Sequence record: SRR22947727_4385
Length of the DNA stretch: 53,713 nt
Direction: 5' to 3' (one strand)
The position numbers were made by a program, and so were the translations under genes. Below the pieces are notes generated by a model. The model ran no database searches and was not told where the DNA came from. It saw nothing but the letters and a program-made list of their open reading frames with translations. Below, in pieces: positions 41,419-49,930 of the stretch (the stretch's first letter is position 1; every line of letters begins with the position of its first letter).

Positions 41419-42606
41419 TTACAACCGCGTCAATGCGCCTGAAAGCGCAGAAATTCGCCTTGGAGTTGCCCCAGTGACCAAACGCGCATGTTCTTGCAGG
41501 GCAAACCGGTCCGTCATGCCAGCGATATAATCGGCCACAAGCCGGGCCCGTTTGGTTTCGTCGGTGGCCTCCAAAATATCCTTGCGCCACTGTTTTGGAA
41601 GCAAATCGGTGCGCTCTAAAAATAAAGGAAACAAATCATTCAGCGTTTCTGTCACCTCTTGACGCACCAGCACCACGCTAGGCGCTCGATACATACGCTC
41701 AAACAAAAATTGACGGATAACTTTCAAATCCGTCCAAACCGCCGGTGAAAATTGTACCATTGGGCGCCCTGCGCGGCGGATATCTTCAACGTTTTGTGGG
41801 TTTAAGTCTGCCAAATTATCTGACGAAACAGCGATCACATCTTCCACCAATATTCCAAAGAAGCGTCGCAGAGCTTCATGCCGGCGCCGATAATAATTCA
41901 AATTTGGGTATTTTGCATCTACCGCAGCAAAACAGCTGTTTAACATTGGCAGATCCGCCAATTCATCGGTTGAAAACAGTTCGGCACGCAATCCATCATG
42001 CAAATCATGGTTGTTATAGGCGATATCATCGGCCAAGGCGGCCACCTGCGCCTCGGCGCTGGCAAAGCCAGACAATTCTAAATCATGCAGTCGGTTATAG
42101 TCCGCCAATGCGTAATGCAACGCTCCGGTGACCGGTCCATTATGCTTGGCAATCCCCTCAAGCGTTTCCCAGGTAAGGTTCAACCCGTCAAATTGGGCAT
42201 AATGGCGTTCAAGATTTGTGACGATGCGAACCGCTTGAGCGTTATGATCAAACCCCCCAAAAGGCGCCATCAATGCATCCAAAGCCTCTTCGCCCGTATG
42301 GCCAAATGGCGGATGCCCCAGATCATGCGCCAACGCCACCGTTTCCGTCAGTTCCGCGTTTAAACCCAAAACCCCCGCAATCGTGCGCGCCACCTGCGCA
42401 ACTTCGATCGAATGCGTCAGGCGGGTGCGAAAATAATCGCCCTCATGTTCCAAAAAGACCTGCGTTTTATGCTTTAAGCGGCGAAAAGCGCTGCAATGCA
42501 CAATCCGGTCGCGATCACGCTGAAAGCAGGATCGAAACGTGCTGCTATCCTCTGCAAACCGGCGCCCGCGGCTTTGCGCGGGATCACAACTAAATTTTTC
42601 ACCCAT
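41419..42606 (-). CDS. dgt: Deoxyguanosinetriphosphate triphosphohydrolase (HD domain)
   Basis: FQRDRDRI.H..AFRRL.HKTQVF, RTRLTHS, AHDLGHPPFGH.GE, ADDIAY..HD, DYIAGMTD. Confidence 0.96.
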   Translation of the reverse strand: MGEKFSCDPAQSRGRRFAEDSSTFRSCFQRDRDRIVHCSAFRRLKHKTQVFLEHEGDYFRTRLTHSIEVAQVARTIAGVLGLNAELTETVALAHDLGHPPFGHTGEEALDALMAPFGGFDHNAQAVRIVTNLERHYAQFDGLNLTWETLEGIAKHNGPVTGALHYALADYNRLHDLELSGFASAEAQVAALADDIAYNNHDLHDGLRAELFSTDELADLPMLNSCFAAVDAKYPNLNYYRRRHEALRRFFGILVEDVIAVSSDNLADLNPQNVEDIRRAGRPMVQFSPAVWTDLKVIRQFLFERMYRAPSVVLVRQEVTETLNDLFPLFLERTDLLPKQWRKDILEATDETKRARLVADYIAGMTDRFALQEHARLVTGATPRRISALSGALTRL

Positions 42607-42688
42607 CGGTTTGCCTTTCTTGCCGTATCCAAAGCGAATGCCTATACTCTTATGGTACGGCCAGATCACCTCGATGGAGAGTAACATA

Positions 42689-43012
42689 ATGAACCTGCCC
42701 CCAAAAGTCACCGAACGCGCTTTTTCTCGGTTGTCAGAAATCAAAGCCTCTGCGCAGGGTCAAGCTTTACGCGTGGCCGTTGAAGGTGGCGGATGCTCGG
42801 GATTTCAATACGAGATCAAGCTGGATACAGCCCAAGATGATGATCTTGTGCTTGGCAGCGGCCCTGAAAAAGTGATCATCGACAGCGCGTCGCTGCCCTT
42901 TTTGGAAAATGCAGTTATCGATTTTTCACAAGAATTAATCGGCGCTCGCTTCATCATTGAAAACCCAAATGCCACAAGCTCTTGTGGCTGCGGAACCAGC
43001 TTTTCAATGTAA
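42689..43012 (+). CDS. erpA: A-type Fe-S carrier (ErpA/IscA, HesB family)
   Basis: LRVAVEGGGCSGFQY, NPNATSSCGCGTSF; GGAGAG RBS before ATG 42689. Confidence 0.92.
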   Translation: MNLPPKVTERAFSRLSEIKASAQGQALRVAVEGGGCSGFQYEIKLDTAQDDDLVLGSGPEKVIIDSASLPFLENAVIDFSQELIGARFIIENPNATSSCGCGTSFSM

Positions 43013-43057
43013 TCGGCGTGACAACCCGCAATTTCAACCAGCGACCAAACAGACCGA

Positions 43058-43085
43058 CGCAGACAGCCTATTCGGGCTTTCTGCG
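43058..43085. terminator. Hairpin between convergent erpA and the 359-aa gene
   Basis: CGCAGA-c-AGCC-tattcg-GGCT-t-TCTGCG inverted repeat. Confidence 0.45.
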
Positions 43086-43118
43086 CGGGCCTGCATAAAA
43101 GGCTGGATATGGAACGGG

Positions 43119-44198
43119 TTATTTTAAAACGGGCGTGCAGCGCGCGAAGCCGTGAAAAAACTCATCAAACTTATCGCTCGAAGCTTCGGCCAATTGCAGA
43201 TCACGATAAGCTTGGGGCGATAAATCTACAGTCAAAGTACCACGCATCTTAAACCAATCAGCGTTTCTTGCATTGTCCATTTGAAAAATACTTTCGGACA
43301 TTCCGCGCAGCGCTGAAACCGGTTTGGGCGCGGGGTGAAACGATAGGGTGGCGGGCTCATTCGCGCCTTCAAACAGCGGCGTCCCTGATAAGGCCGCGAG
43401 CCAACTGCACATCAAATAACTGTGATATTCATCGCCCGGCAGAATTTTCCGGGGAATCTCGGTTTTTACGGCCTTAAACCCGGCCAGCTGTTCAAACACC
43501 CAATCCTCCCAGCCCAACGGTGGTGTTTGGCCGGCAAAGCGTAACGCAATGCAAATCTCGGCAAGAAGGTCCGTGTTGTGATCCAGCAGCGCCAACAAGC
43601 CTGCAAATTCCAATGAACGGACCGCATCGGCGCTGATACCGGGGTCTTTACGCCCATATTCACTCAGATAAAAAACGATATGGGTTAATTCATACGCCGC
43701 CTTTTTATTCGGAATTGAAAAAGTCTCGGATTGATCGATAAAACCATGTAAGCGGTCAACCAAGGTCGGATCATCTCGCTGTGCGCGGCCAAGACCGCGT
43801 TTCAATAAACGCGCCGCTTCTGCGCGTTGCAAATCTGATAATTCCGCACCCACCAAATTGTGGTCTACAACCCACTCGCACAGCTTCGCAGATTTACCCT
43901 GCCCAAGCCCCAAAGCTTCCAGATCAAGCGCAAGCGATAAGATGAACCGATAATATTGCGGGAAAAAGCATAATCTATGCTCTAAACTGTCATAAAAATT
44001 TTGGTAATGGGTTAAATCGCTGGTGTTCAGGGTCACCTTGCTGGTTTCAAGCAAATTGAACAGTTCGGCGTTTTCTTTCAGCCAAAACACATCCTCCGTG
44101 GTGCGACGGCGATTGCAAAAGCAATCTATTAAAATGCCAATACGGCCAGCCTCTTCCAAGGGGCGGATCCTTTGCGGGAAGCTAATGATGTTTGACAT
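43119..44198 (-). CDS. Protein of unknown function (359 aa), candidate peptide-modifying enzyme
   Basis: Long ORF with AGGAG RBS; no signal peptide or TM segment; motifs FWLKENAE, FFPQYYRF, AAYELTHIVFYLSEYGR, DLLAEIC, DEYHSY. From memory it resembles the Roseobacter DUF6902 family (unverified). Confidence 0.8.
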   Translation of the reverse strand: MSNIISFPQRIRPLEEAGRIGILIDCFCNRRRTTEDVFWLKENAELFNLLETSKVTLNTSDLTHYQNFYDSLEHRLCFFPQYYRFILSLALDLEALGLGQGKSAKLCEWVVDHNLVGAELSDLQRAEAARLLKRGLGRAQRDDPTLVDRLHGFIDQSETFSIPNKKAAYELTHIVFYLSEYGRKDPGISADAVRSLEFAGLLALLDHNTDLLAEICIALRFAGQTPPLGWEDWVFEQLAGFKAVKTEIPRKILPGDEYHSYLMCSWLAALSGTPLFEGANEPATLSFHPAPKPVSALRGMSESIFQMDNARNADWFKMRGTLTVDLSPQAYRDLQLAEASSDKFDEFFHGFARCTPVLK

Positions 44199-44226
44199 TT
44201 TCTTACTCCTATTTGGTCAAGGAAGA

Positions 44227-44276
44227 TAAAGAAGCCCCGTTTTAATCTGGTTAGGTGAGGTCGCGAGGCTTCTTTA
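44227..44276 (-). terminator. Intergenic stem-loop between the repeat peptide gene and the 359-aa gene
   Basis: Perfect 10-bp inverted repeat TAAAGAAGCC (44227-44236) / GGCTTCTTTA (44267-44276), followed on the minus strand by TCTTCCTT. Confidence 0.5.
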
Positions 44277-44320
44277 ATGGGGCATTTCGGGTGGGTGAGC
44301 AAAATCGATGCGTACGGCCT

Positions 44321-44674
44321 TCACGATGCAGACGTGAATAAGTGAACACCATTGCCACTGTCCAAATCTGAATTTTGGCTGGGAGCTGAGGCAGAGGTGA
44401 AAAGATGCACATTATCGCCCTGAATTGCATCGCTCGCATGCTCTGGAGACGAGGCTGAGGTAAACATTTCAACGCCCTCGCCTTGAAACGTATCTCGCGC
44501 GTTTACGGGGGCTGAAGCAGAGGTGAACATTTCAACACCTTCTCCAAGATACGCCTGCATCGGACCAAAAGGCTCTGAGGCGGATGTGAACAAATGGGTG
44601 CCCTCGCCACTATGCATGCTGGCAGTTTCTTGAGTGGCGGAAGCGGCTTGGATTTCGAATTTTTGGGCTAACAT
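44321..44674 (-). CDS. 117-aa peptide with five 21-aa-period repeats ending in FTSAS, candidate multi-core precursor
   Basis: GGGAGGA RBS. Repeats GEGTHLFTSAS, GEGVEMFTSAS (x2), GDNVHLFTSAS and GNGVHLFTSAS start at residues 23/44/65/86/107, with synonymous codon variation among copies. From memory it resembles DUF6749 (unverified). Confidence 0.88.
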   Translation of the reverse strand: MLAQKFEIQAASATQETASMHSGEGTHLFTSASEPFGPMQAYLGEGVEMFTSASAPVNARDTFQGEGVEMFTSASSPEHASDAIQGDNVHLFTSASAPSQNSDLDSGNGVHLFTSAS

Positions 44675-44690
44675 GTTTTTTTCCTCCCTG

Positions 44691-44900
44691 GGTTGTATAA
44701 TCTATTAATTACATCTTTAGGTTGTATTACAAGTTTTTTTTCTTGCTATTGAAGAAAATTCCTAAAAGTTAGCCCGAAAACACATTTAAACCTCTGTTAT
44801 ATATAAATTTAAATTTTAACTTAGTTTGAAGGAATTTATAAAAAACCTACTCTTCCCGGCTCAATTTACAACTTTTAAGTGTATTAAGTGATTCTTACAT
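44691..44900. promoter_or_regulatory. AT-rich divergent promoter region with repeated GTTGTA/TACAAC motifs
   Basis: About 26% GC by hand count (54/210). GGTTGTAT at 44691 and 44720, palindrome TTGTA-T-TACAA at 44722-44732, TACAAC at 44867. Confidence 0.5.
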
Positions 44901-44970
44901 CGCAGTTTCGCTTGCGAAAAACCGCAAGACACCGCTAAAGGCTCAGGGCAAGGGTAGCTTGGGGGTGAAG

Positions 44971-45750
44971 ATGAAATTAGCAACGTTCAACATCAATGGC
45001 GTTAAAGCCAGAACGCCGGCCTTATGCGATTGGCTTGACAGCAGCGCGCCGGACATTGCTCTTCTGCAAGAGATTAAATCTGTCGATGAAGGATTTCCGC
45101 GCGATCTCTTTGAGGATCGTGGCTACCAAGTGGTGACCCATGGGCAAAAATCATTCAATGGCGTGGCTATTTTGTCGAAACTGCCGCTGGAAGATATTTC
45201 CTTTGGCCTGCCCGGAGATCCCGAAGATGTGCAAGCCCGCTGGATTGAAGCCACTGTCATCGGCAAGCACGCGCTCAAAATCTGCGGCCTATATTTGCCC
45301 AATGGCAACCCGGCCCCCGGCCCCAAATATGAATACAAACTTGCCTGGATGAAACGCCTGCGCCAACGCGCCATAGAGCTTATGGCCGCAGAAATGCCCG
45401 CCTTGATGGCCGGGGATTACAATATCATTCCTCAACCAGAGGACGCCGCCCGCCCCGAAATTTGGACAGATGACGCGTTGTTTTTACCGCAAAGCCGCGC
45501 AGCCTACCAAGCAATCACCCATTTGGGCTTCACAGATGCGTTTCGGTGCAAGCACGCAGAACCCGGCCATTATAGTTTTTGGGATTATCAAGCCGGAGCA
45601 TGGAACCGCAATGACGGAATCAGGATCGATCATATTCTCATGACGCCTGCCTGCGCCGACCTGCTGCTTGACGCCGGCATCGACAAAGACATCCGCGGCT
45701 TTGAAAAACCATCAGATCACGTGCCGGTTTGGGCGCAATTAGATCTTTAG
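44971..45750 (+). CDS. xth: Exodeoxyribonuclease III
   Basis: ATFNING, LQEIK, GQKSFNGVAILS, YLPNGN, GDYN, SFWDYQ, GIRIDH, SDHVPV. Confidence 0.97.
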   Translation: MKLATFNINGVKARTPALCDWLDSSAPDIALLQEIKSVDEGFPRDLFEDRGYQVVTHGQKSFNGVAILSKLPLEDISFGLPGDPEDVQARWIEATVIGKHALKICGLYLPNGNPAPGPKYEYKLAWMKRLRQRAIELMAAEMPALMAGDYNIIPQPEDAARPEIWTDDALFLPQSRAAYQAITHLGFTDAFRCKHAEPGHYSFWDYQAGAWNRNDGIRIDHILMTPACADLLLDAGIDKDIRGFEKPSDHVPVWAQLDL

Positions 45751-46916
45751 GACAGCCCCGTATCGGGGTTAAAGCGATATAACCAATCAAAACGTTTTAA
45801 CATTGCGCTTGGGGCGACCGCCCCCAAACCGCGCAATGCGCTATGCGCGACCCATCGGGTCAGCGGGGCACTGAGATGATAGTTGCGGGCATTGCTTTGG
45901 GCTGTTGCAACAACCTTTTTCACGCGGGCTTGCCGCAAAAACTGATAGCGCTGAAAGCCTTGCCGCGTTGCACCATGAAGATGCAATGCCCGGCTCAACA
46001 CCCAAGCATCTTCCAAGGCCATATTGGCGCCTTGAGCCAAGAAAGGGAGCGTCGGATGCGCGGCGTCTCCGATTAAAACGCTGCGATCCTGAAACCAACA
46101 CTCGGCCACAGGATGACGGAATAAACCCCATAAATACACCTCGGAAAGCGCGTTCAGCAACACATGTGCAAGCCCGCCAAAATCAGCAAAAGCAGCTCGA
46201 ACATGCGCAGGATCATCGCGATGAGACCAACCTTCGCCCGCCCATAGGCTGCGTTCTTGTACCATCACCAAATTCACCAGGCTGCCGCCACGCAGCGGAT
46301 AGCTCACAATATGCCGCCCCGGCCCCATATGCACCATCACCTTATTGGGATGATCCATGCTATTGGAGACCAGCGCGCGCCACGCCACCTGCCCGGTAAA
46401 AAACGGCGCAGATGGACCCAGCAAGGCCGTTCGCATGTTTGAGCGCACCCCATCCGCCCCAATCACCAAATCCACGGGGCTCGCTGCCGCCTCGCGGCCG
46501 AAAGCGCCAGATAAAAGATCTTGGCTGGAAAGGCTTTGCGAAAAGGCAAAGCGCACCCCCTGCGCTTTGCAGGCTTGAAAGAGGGTTTGGATAAGATCGG
46601 CGCGATGCACCAGCAAGAAATCCAGATCCGACGCGTGGGCTTTCAAATCAAGACGGCAGACCAATTTTCCGTCTTTGTAATCGCGCAAATCCACCGCCTC
46701 GGCGCGATCTGCAATATCCGCAACCGCGTCCTTCAGCCCCAAGCGGCTGAGCACGGCCAGCCCATTGGGAGAGATTTGCAAACCGGCCCCAACCTCTTTG
46801 ATCGCCGCAGCCTGCTCGCAGAGGTGAACATTGGCGCCGCTTTGAGCACAGGCTAGCGCCGCGGCCAAACCGGCGATACCGCCCCCTACGACCTGGACCT
46901 GCAAGCCGTTCTCCAT
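45747..46916 (-). CDS. FAD-dependent monooxygenase (salicylate hydroxylase-like, group A)
   Basis: GGGIAG, EVGAGLQISPN, IGADGVRS, LIGDAAHPTLPFLAQGANMALEDA. Confidence 0.9.
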   Translation of the reverse strand: MENGLQVQVVGGGIAGLAAALACAQSGANVHLCEQAAAIKEVGAGLQISPNGLAVLSRLGLKDAVADIADRAEAVDLRDYKDGKLVCRLDLKAHASDLDFLLVHRADLIQTLFQACKAQGVRFAFSQSLSSQDLLSGAFGREAAASPVDLVIGADGVRSNMRTALLGPSAPFFTGQVAWRALVSNSMDHPNKVMVHMGPGRHIVSYPLRGGSLVNLVMVQERSLWAGEGWSHRDDPAHVRAAFADFGGLAHVLLNALSEVYLWGLFRHPVAECWFQDRSVLIGDAAHPTLPFLAQGANMALEDAWVLSRALHLHGATRQGFQRYQFLRQARVKKVVATAQSNARNYHLSAPLTRWVAHSALRGLGAVAPSAMLKRFDWLYRFNPDTGLS

Positions 46917-46928
46917 GTTTCACCTCAA

Positions 46929-46958
46929 TAAAAAAGCCGATCTAGCGGATCGGCTTTT
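46929..46958 (-). terminator. Rho-independent (possibly bidirectional) terminator after dksA
   Basis: AAAAGCCGATC-tagcg-GATCGGCTTTT with A/T tails on both sides. Confidence 0.8.
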
Positions 46959-46967
46959 CAGGTTTCC

Positions 46968-47390
46968 TCAGTCGTCGCGGTGCACTTTTTCGCGCCGCTC
47001 ATGGCGCTCTTGAGCTTCCAAACTCATCGTCGCGATAGGCCGTGCATCAAGCCGTTTAAGCGAAATAGGCTCACCCGTGACCTCACAATAGCCATATTCG
47101 CCCTCGTCAATGCGGCGCAGCGCGGCGTCAATTTTCGACACGAGCTTACGCTGGCGGTCCCGCGTGCGCAATTCCAGCGCGCGATCAGTTTCTTCGCTGG
47201 CGCGATCTGCAATATCTGGGATATTGCGCGTGCCGTCTTGAAGCCCTTCGATCGTTTCCTTGCTGTCGCTCATCAGATCATTTTTCCAATCCAACAGCTT
47301 TCTTCTAAAATATTCCACCTGACGCTCATTCATGAATGGCTCGTCTTCGGCAGGAGTATAGCTATCCGGAATAAAACTCTCTTGCTTCAT
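46968..47390 (-). CDS. dksA: RNA polymerase-binding protein DksA
   Basis: FMNERQ.EYFR.KL, coiled-coil tip DIADRASEE, LRTRDRQRKL, YGYCEVTGEPI..RL.ARP. Alternative start at 47423. Confidence 0.96.
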   Translation of the reverse strand: MKQESFIPDSYTPAEDEPFMNERQVEYFRRKLLDWKNDLMSDSKETIEGLQDGTRNIPDIADRASEETDRALELRTRDRQRKLVSKIDAALRRIDEGEYGYCEVTGEPISLKRLDARPIATMSLEAQERHERREKVHRDD

Positions 47391-47569
47391 TACTACCCCT
47401 TGGCTTGGATCAGAGTATGACATGCATGTCTCCTTCCACAACTTTCCGTTCCCATTGGCACGCACCTACCGTAACAAGACGGGCTTGTCACTACTCAATA
47501 GCAACAGATTGCAGCAAAATGATTAACCCGCTAAGTTCCGCGCAACTTGGCAAGAATATGGGCAAAAGA

Positions 47570-48409
47570 ATGAAATTTACCGGAACCAAAAACTATGTAG
47601 CGACGGAAGATCTCACCATCGCTGTGAACGCCGCGGTCACGCTGGAACGGCCGCTTTTGATCAAAGGTGAGCCTGGCACAGGTAAAACCGAACTGGCGAA
47701 ACAAGTCGCCAGCGGGCTTGGCCTGGAGATGCTTGAATGGAATATAAAATCCACCACTAAAGCCCAGCAAGGCCTGTATGAATATGATGCGGTCAGCCGG
47801 TTGCGCGACAGCCAATTGGGCGAAGAACGCGTGCACGATGTGGCCAATTACATCCGCAAAGGCAAGTTATGGCAGGCCTTTGAAGCCAATAAAAAAGTGG
47901 TTTTGTTGATCGATGAGGTCGATAAAGCGGATATAGAATTCCCAAATGATCTCCTTCAGGAATTGGATAAAATGGAATTCCACGTCTATGAGACTGGGGA
48001 AACGGTGCGCGCCATAAACCGCCCTATCGTGATCATCACATCAAATAACGAAAAAGAATTGCCCGATGCGTTTTTGCGCCGTTGCTTTTTCCACTATATT
48101 CAATTTCCCAATCCCGAGACCTTGAAACAAATCGTTCAGGTGCATCATGGAGACATCAAGGAATCACTACTTGCCGCCGCGCTTACCCAATTTTACGAAC
48201 TCAGAGAGCAACCCGGGCTGAAAAAGAAACCCTCGACCTCCGAGGTTTTGGATTGGTTGAAACTTTTATTGGCTGAAGATCTCAGCGCCGAGGATCTTCA
48301 GCGGGATGGTGCCAATGCCCTGCCAAAACTGCACGGGGCTTTGCTGAAAAACGAGCAAGATGTGCATTTATTTGAACGCTTGGCCTTTATGGCGCGCAGC
48401 GGCCGTTGA
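47570..48409 (+). CDS. MoxR-family AAA+ ATPase (CoxD-like)
   Basis: GEPGTGKT, GLYEYDAVSRLRD, LLIDEVDKA, TSNNEKELPDAFLRRC. Confidence 0.92.
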   Translation: MKFTGTKNYVATEDLTIAVNAAVTLERPLLIKGEPGTGKTELAKQVASGLGLEMLEWNIKSTTKAQQGLYEYDAVSRLRDSQLGEERVHDVANYIRKGKLWQAFEANKKVVLLIDEVDKADIEFPNDLLQELDKMEFHVYETGETVRAINRPIVIITSNNEKELPDAFLRRCFFHYIQFPNPETLKQIVQVHHGDIKESLLAAALTQFYELREQPGLKKKPSTSEVLDWLKLLLAEDLSAEDLQRDGANALPKLHGALLKNEQDVHLFERLAFMARSGR

Positions 48410-48538
48410 TCGCAGCGCGCGAAAGTTTTACTTGAAATCAGCAGAGCGCGTGACTTTTACAAATAAAGGGGCTAGATCAAAGCCAGCGGAGCCTTGGCTT
48501 TTATCCTGAAAGCAACCCCCATAAAACAGAGTGTAATT

Positions 48539-48703
48539 ATGTATCTATTGAGCGGATTATTTGGTGCCATTTTAGGCGCGGCGATCGCGCGAAAGCGCAG
48601 AGGAAAAGGGCTGGATATGGCGCAATATGCCGCTGGCTATGGAATTTTATTTGCACTGATCGGCTTGATCATCACCATCATTATTGATCGTACGGTGATC
48701 TGA
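48539..48703 (+). CDS. Small membrane protein
   Basis: Two hydrophobic helices flanking ARKRRGKGLDMAQYAAG; stop 4 bp before the VWA gene. Confidence 0.7.
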   Translation: MYLLSGLFGAILGAAIARKRRGKGLDMAQYAAGYGILFALIGLIITIIIDRTVI

Positions 48704-48707
48704 CGCG

Positions 48708-49892
48708 ATGTTTCTGCCCTTTTTCGAAACGCTCAGAAAAACCGGCATTCCAGTTTCATTGCGCGAATTCATCAGTTTTCTAGATGCGGTGCAAACCGGC
48801 ATGGTGATCTATGATTTAGAGGGGTTTTACTATTTGGCCCGGACCATCATGGTGAAGGATGAGCGCCATCTTGACCGGTTCGATCGCGCCTTTCAAACCA
48901 GCTTCAAAGGCTTAGAAAACCTCAGCGATGCAGATATCCTGAACGCGGTGGATATTCCCTCTGACTGGCTGAAAAAAATGGCGAAAAAGCATCTCAGCCC
49001 GGAAGAAAAAGCCGAAATCGAAGCTTTGGGCGGCTTTGACAAGCTTATGGAGACTTTAAAGCAGCGGCTGAAGGAACAAGAGAAACGCCATCAAGGCGGC
49101 AGCAAATGGATTGGTACGGCAGGCACTTCGCCCTTTGGCGCCTATGGATATAACCCTGAAGGGGTGCGCATAGGTCAAAGCGAAAGCCGCAATCAGCGCG
49201 CGGTTAAAGTTTGGGATAAGCGCGAATTTAAAAATCTTGATGACAGCGTTGAGCTGGGAACCCGCAACATCAAAGTGGCTTTAAAACGCCTGCGTCGCTG
49301 GGCCCGCGATGGGGCTGCGGATGAATTGGACATTGATGGCACCATCCGCTCAACAGCCGAAAATGGATATCTTGACGTGCAAACCCGGCCCGAACGCCGC
49401 AACGCGATCAAGGTGCTGCTATTTTTGGATGTGGGCGGCTCGATGGATCCTTATATCAAATTAGTAGAAGAATTATTTTCAGCTGCTCGCGCCGAATTCA
49501 AACATTTGGAATATTTTTACTTTCACAATTGCCTTTATGAGGGGGTCTGGCGCGACAATGCACGACGTTGGAACGATCAAACCCAAACCCATGAGATTTT
49601 GCGCACCTATGGTTCTGATTATAAATGCATTTTCGTCGGAGATGCGAGTATGTCGCCCTATGAAGTGGCCTATGCAGGAGGCGCGAATGAGCATTGGAAT
49701 GCAGAGTCAGGGCAAACTTGGCTGATGCGCGCGCGCGCGCAATGGCCGTCGAATATTTGGATCAATCCGGTGCCAGACACGCATTGGCGTTACACCCAAT
49801 CCATTCAAATGATCCAAGAGATTTTTGAAGACCAAATGGTCCCGATGACCTTGGCCGGGCTAGAGCGTGGCATGAAAGAGTTGGTGCGATAG
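48708..49892 (+). CDS. VWA (CoxE-like) domain protein, MoxR partner
   Basis: MIDAS-like DVGGSM, RHQGGSKWIGTAGTSPFG, YFHNC, VGDASM. Confidence 0.9.
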   Translation: MFLPFFETLRKTGIPVSLREFISFLDAVQTGMVIYDLEGFYYLARTIMVKDERHLDRFDRAFQTSFKGLENLSDADILNAVDIPSDWLKKMAKKHLSPEEKAEIEALGGFDKLMETLKQRLKEQEKRHQGGSKWIGTAGTSPFGAYGYNPEGVRIGQSESRNQRAVKVWDKREFKNLDDSVELGTRNIKVALKRLRRWARDGAADELDIDGTIRSTAENGYLDVQTRPERRNAIKVLLFLDVGGSMDPYIKLVEELFSAARAEFKHLEYFYFHNCLYEGVWRDNARRWNDQTQTHEILRTYGSDYKCIFVGDASMSPYEVAYAGGANEHWNAESGQTWLMRARAQWPSNIWINPVPDTHWRYTQSIQMIQEIFEDQMVPMTLAGLERGMKELVR

Positions 49893-49930
49893 GGCTTGTC
49901 AAGGCGGCAGCCTGAGGCCATATCACAGTC

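Noticed and set aside
44321-44610. 63-bp periodicity considered as a CRISPR array or DNA tandem repeat
   Set aside because: Copies differ at third codon positions while amino acids are conserved, they are not palindromic, and there are no cas genes; it is a protein-level repeat.
45747-46916. FAD monooxygenase as a tailoring enzyme of the repeat-peptide system
   Set aside because: It is separated from the module by xth on the opposite strand and sits downstream of dksA; there is no evidence of co-transcription.
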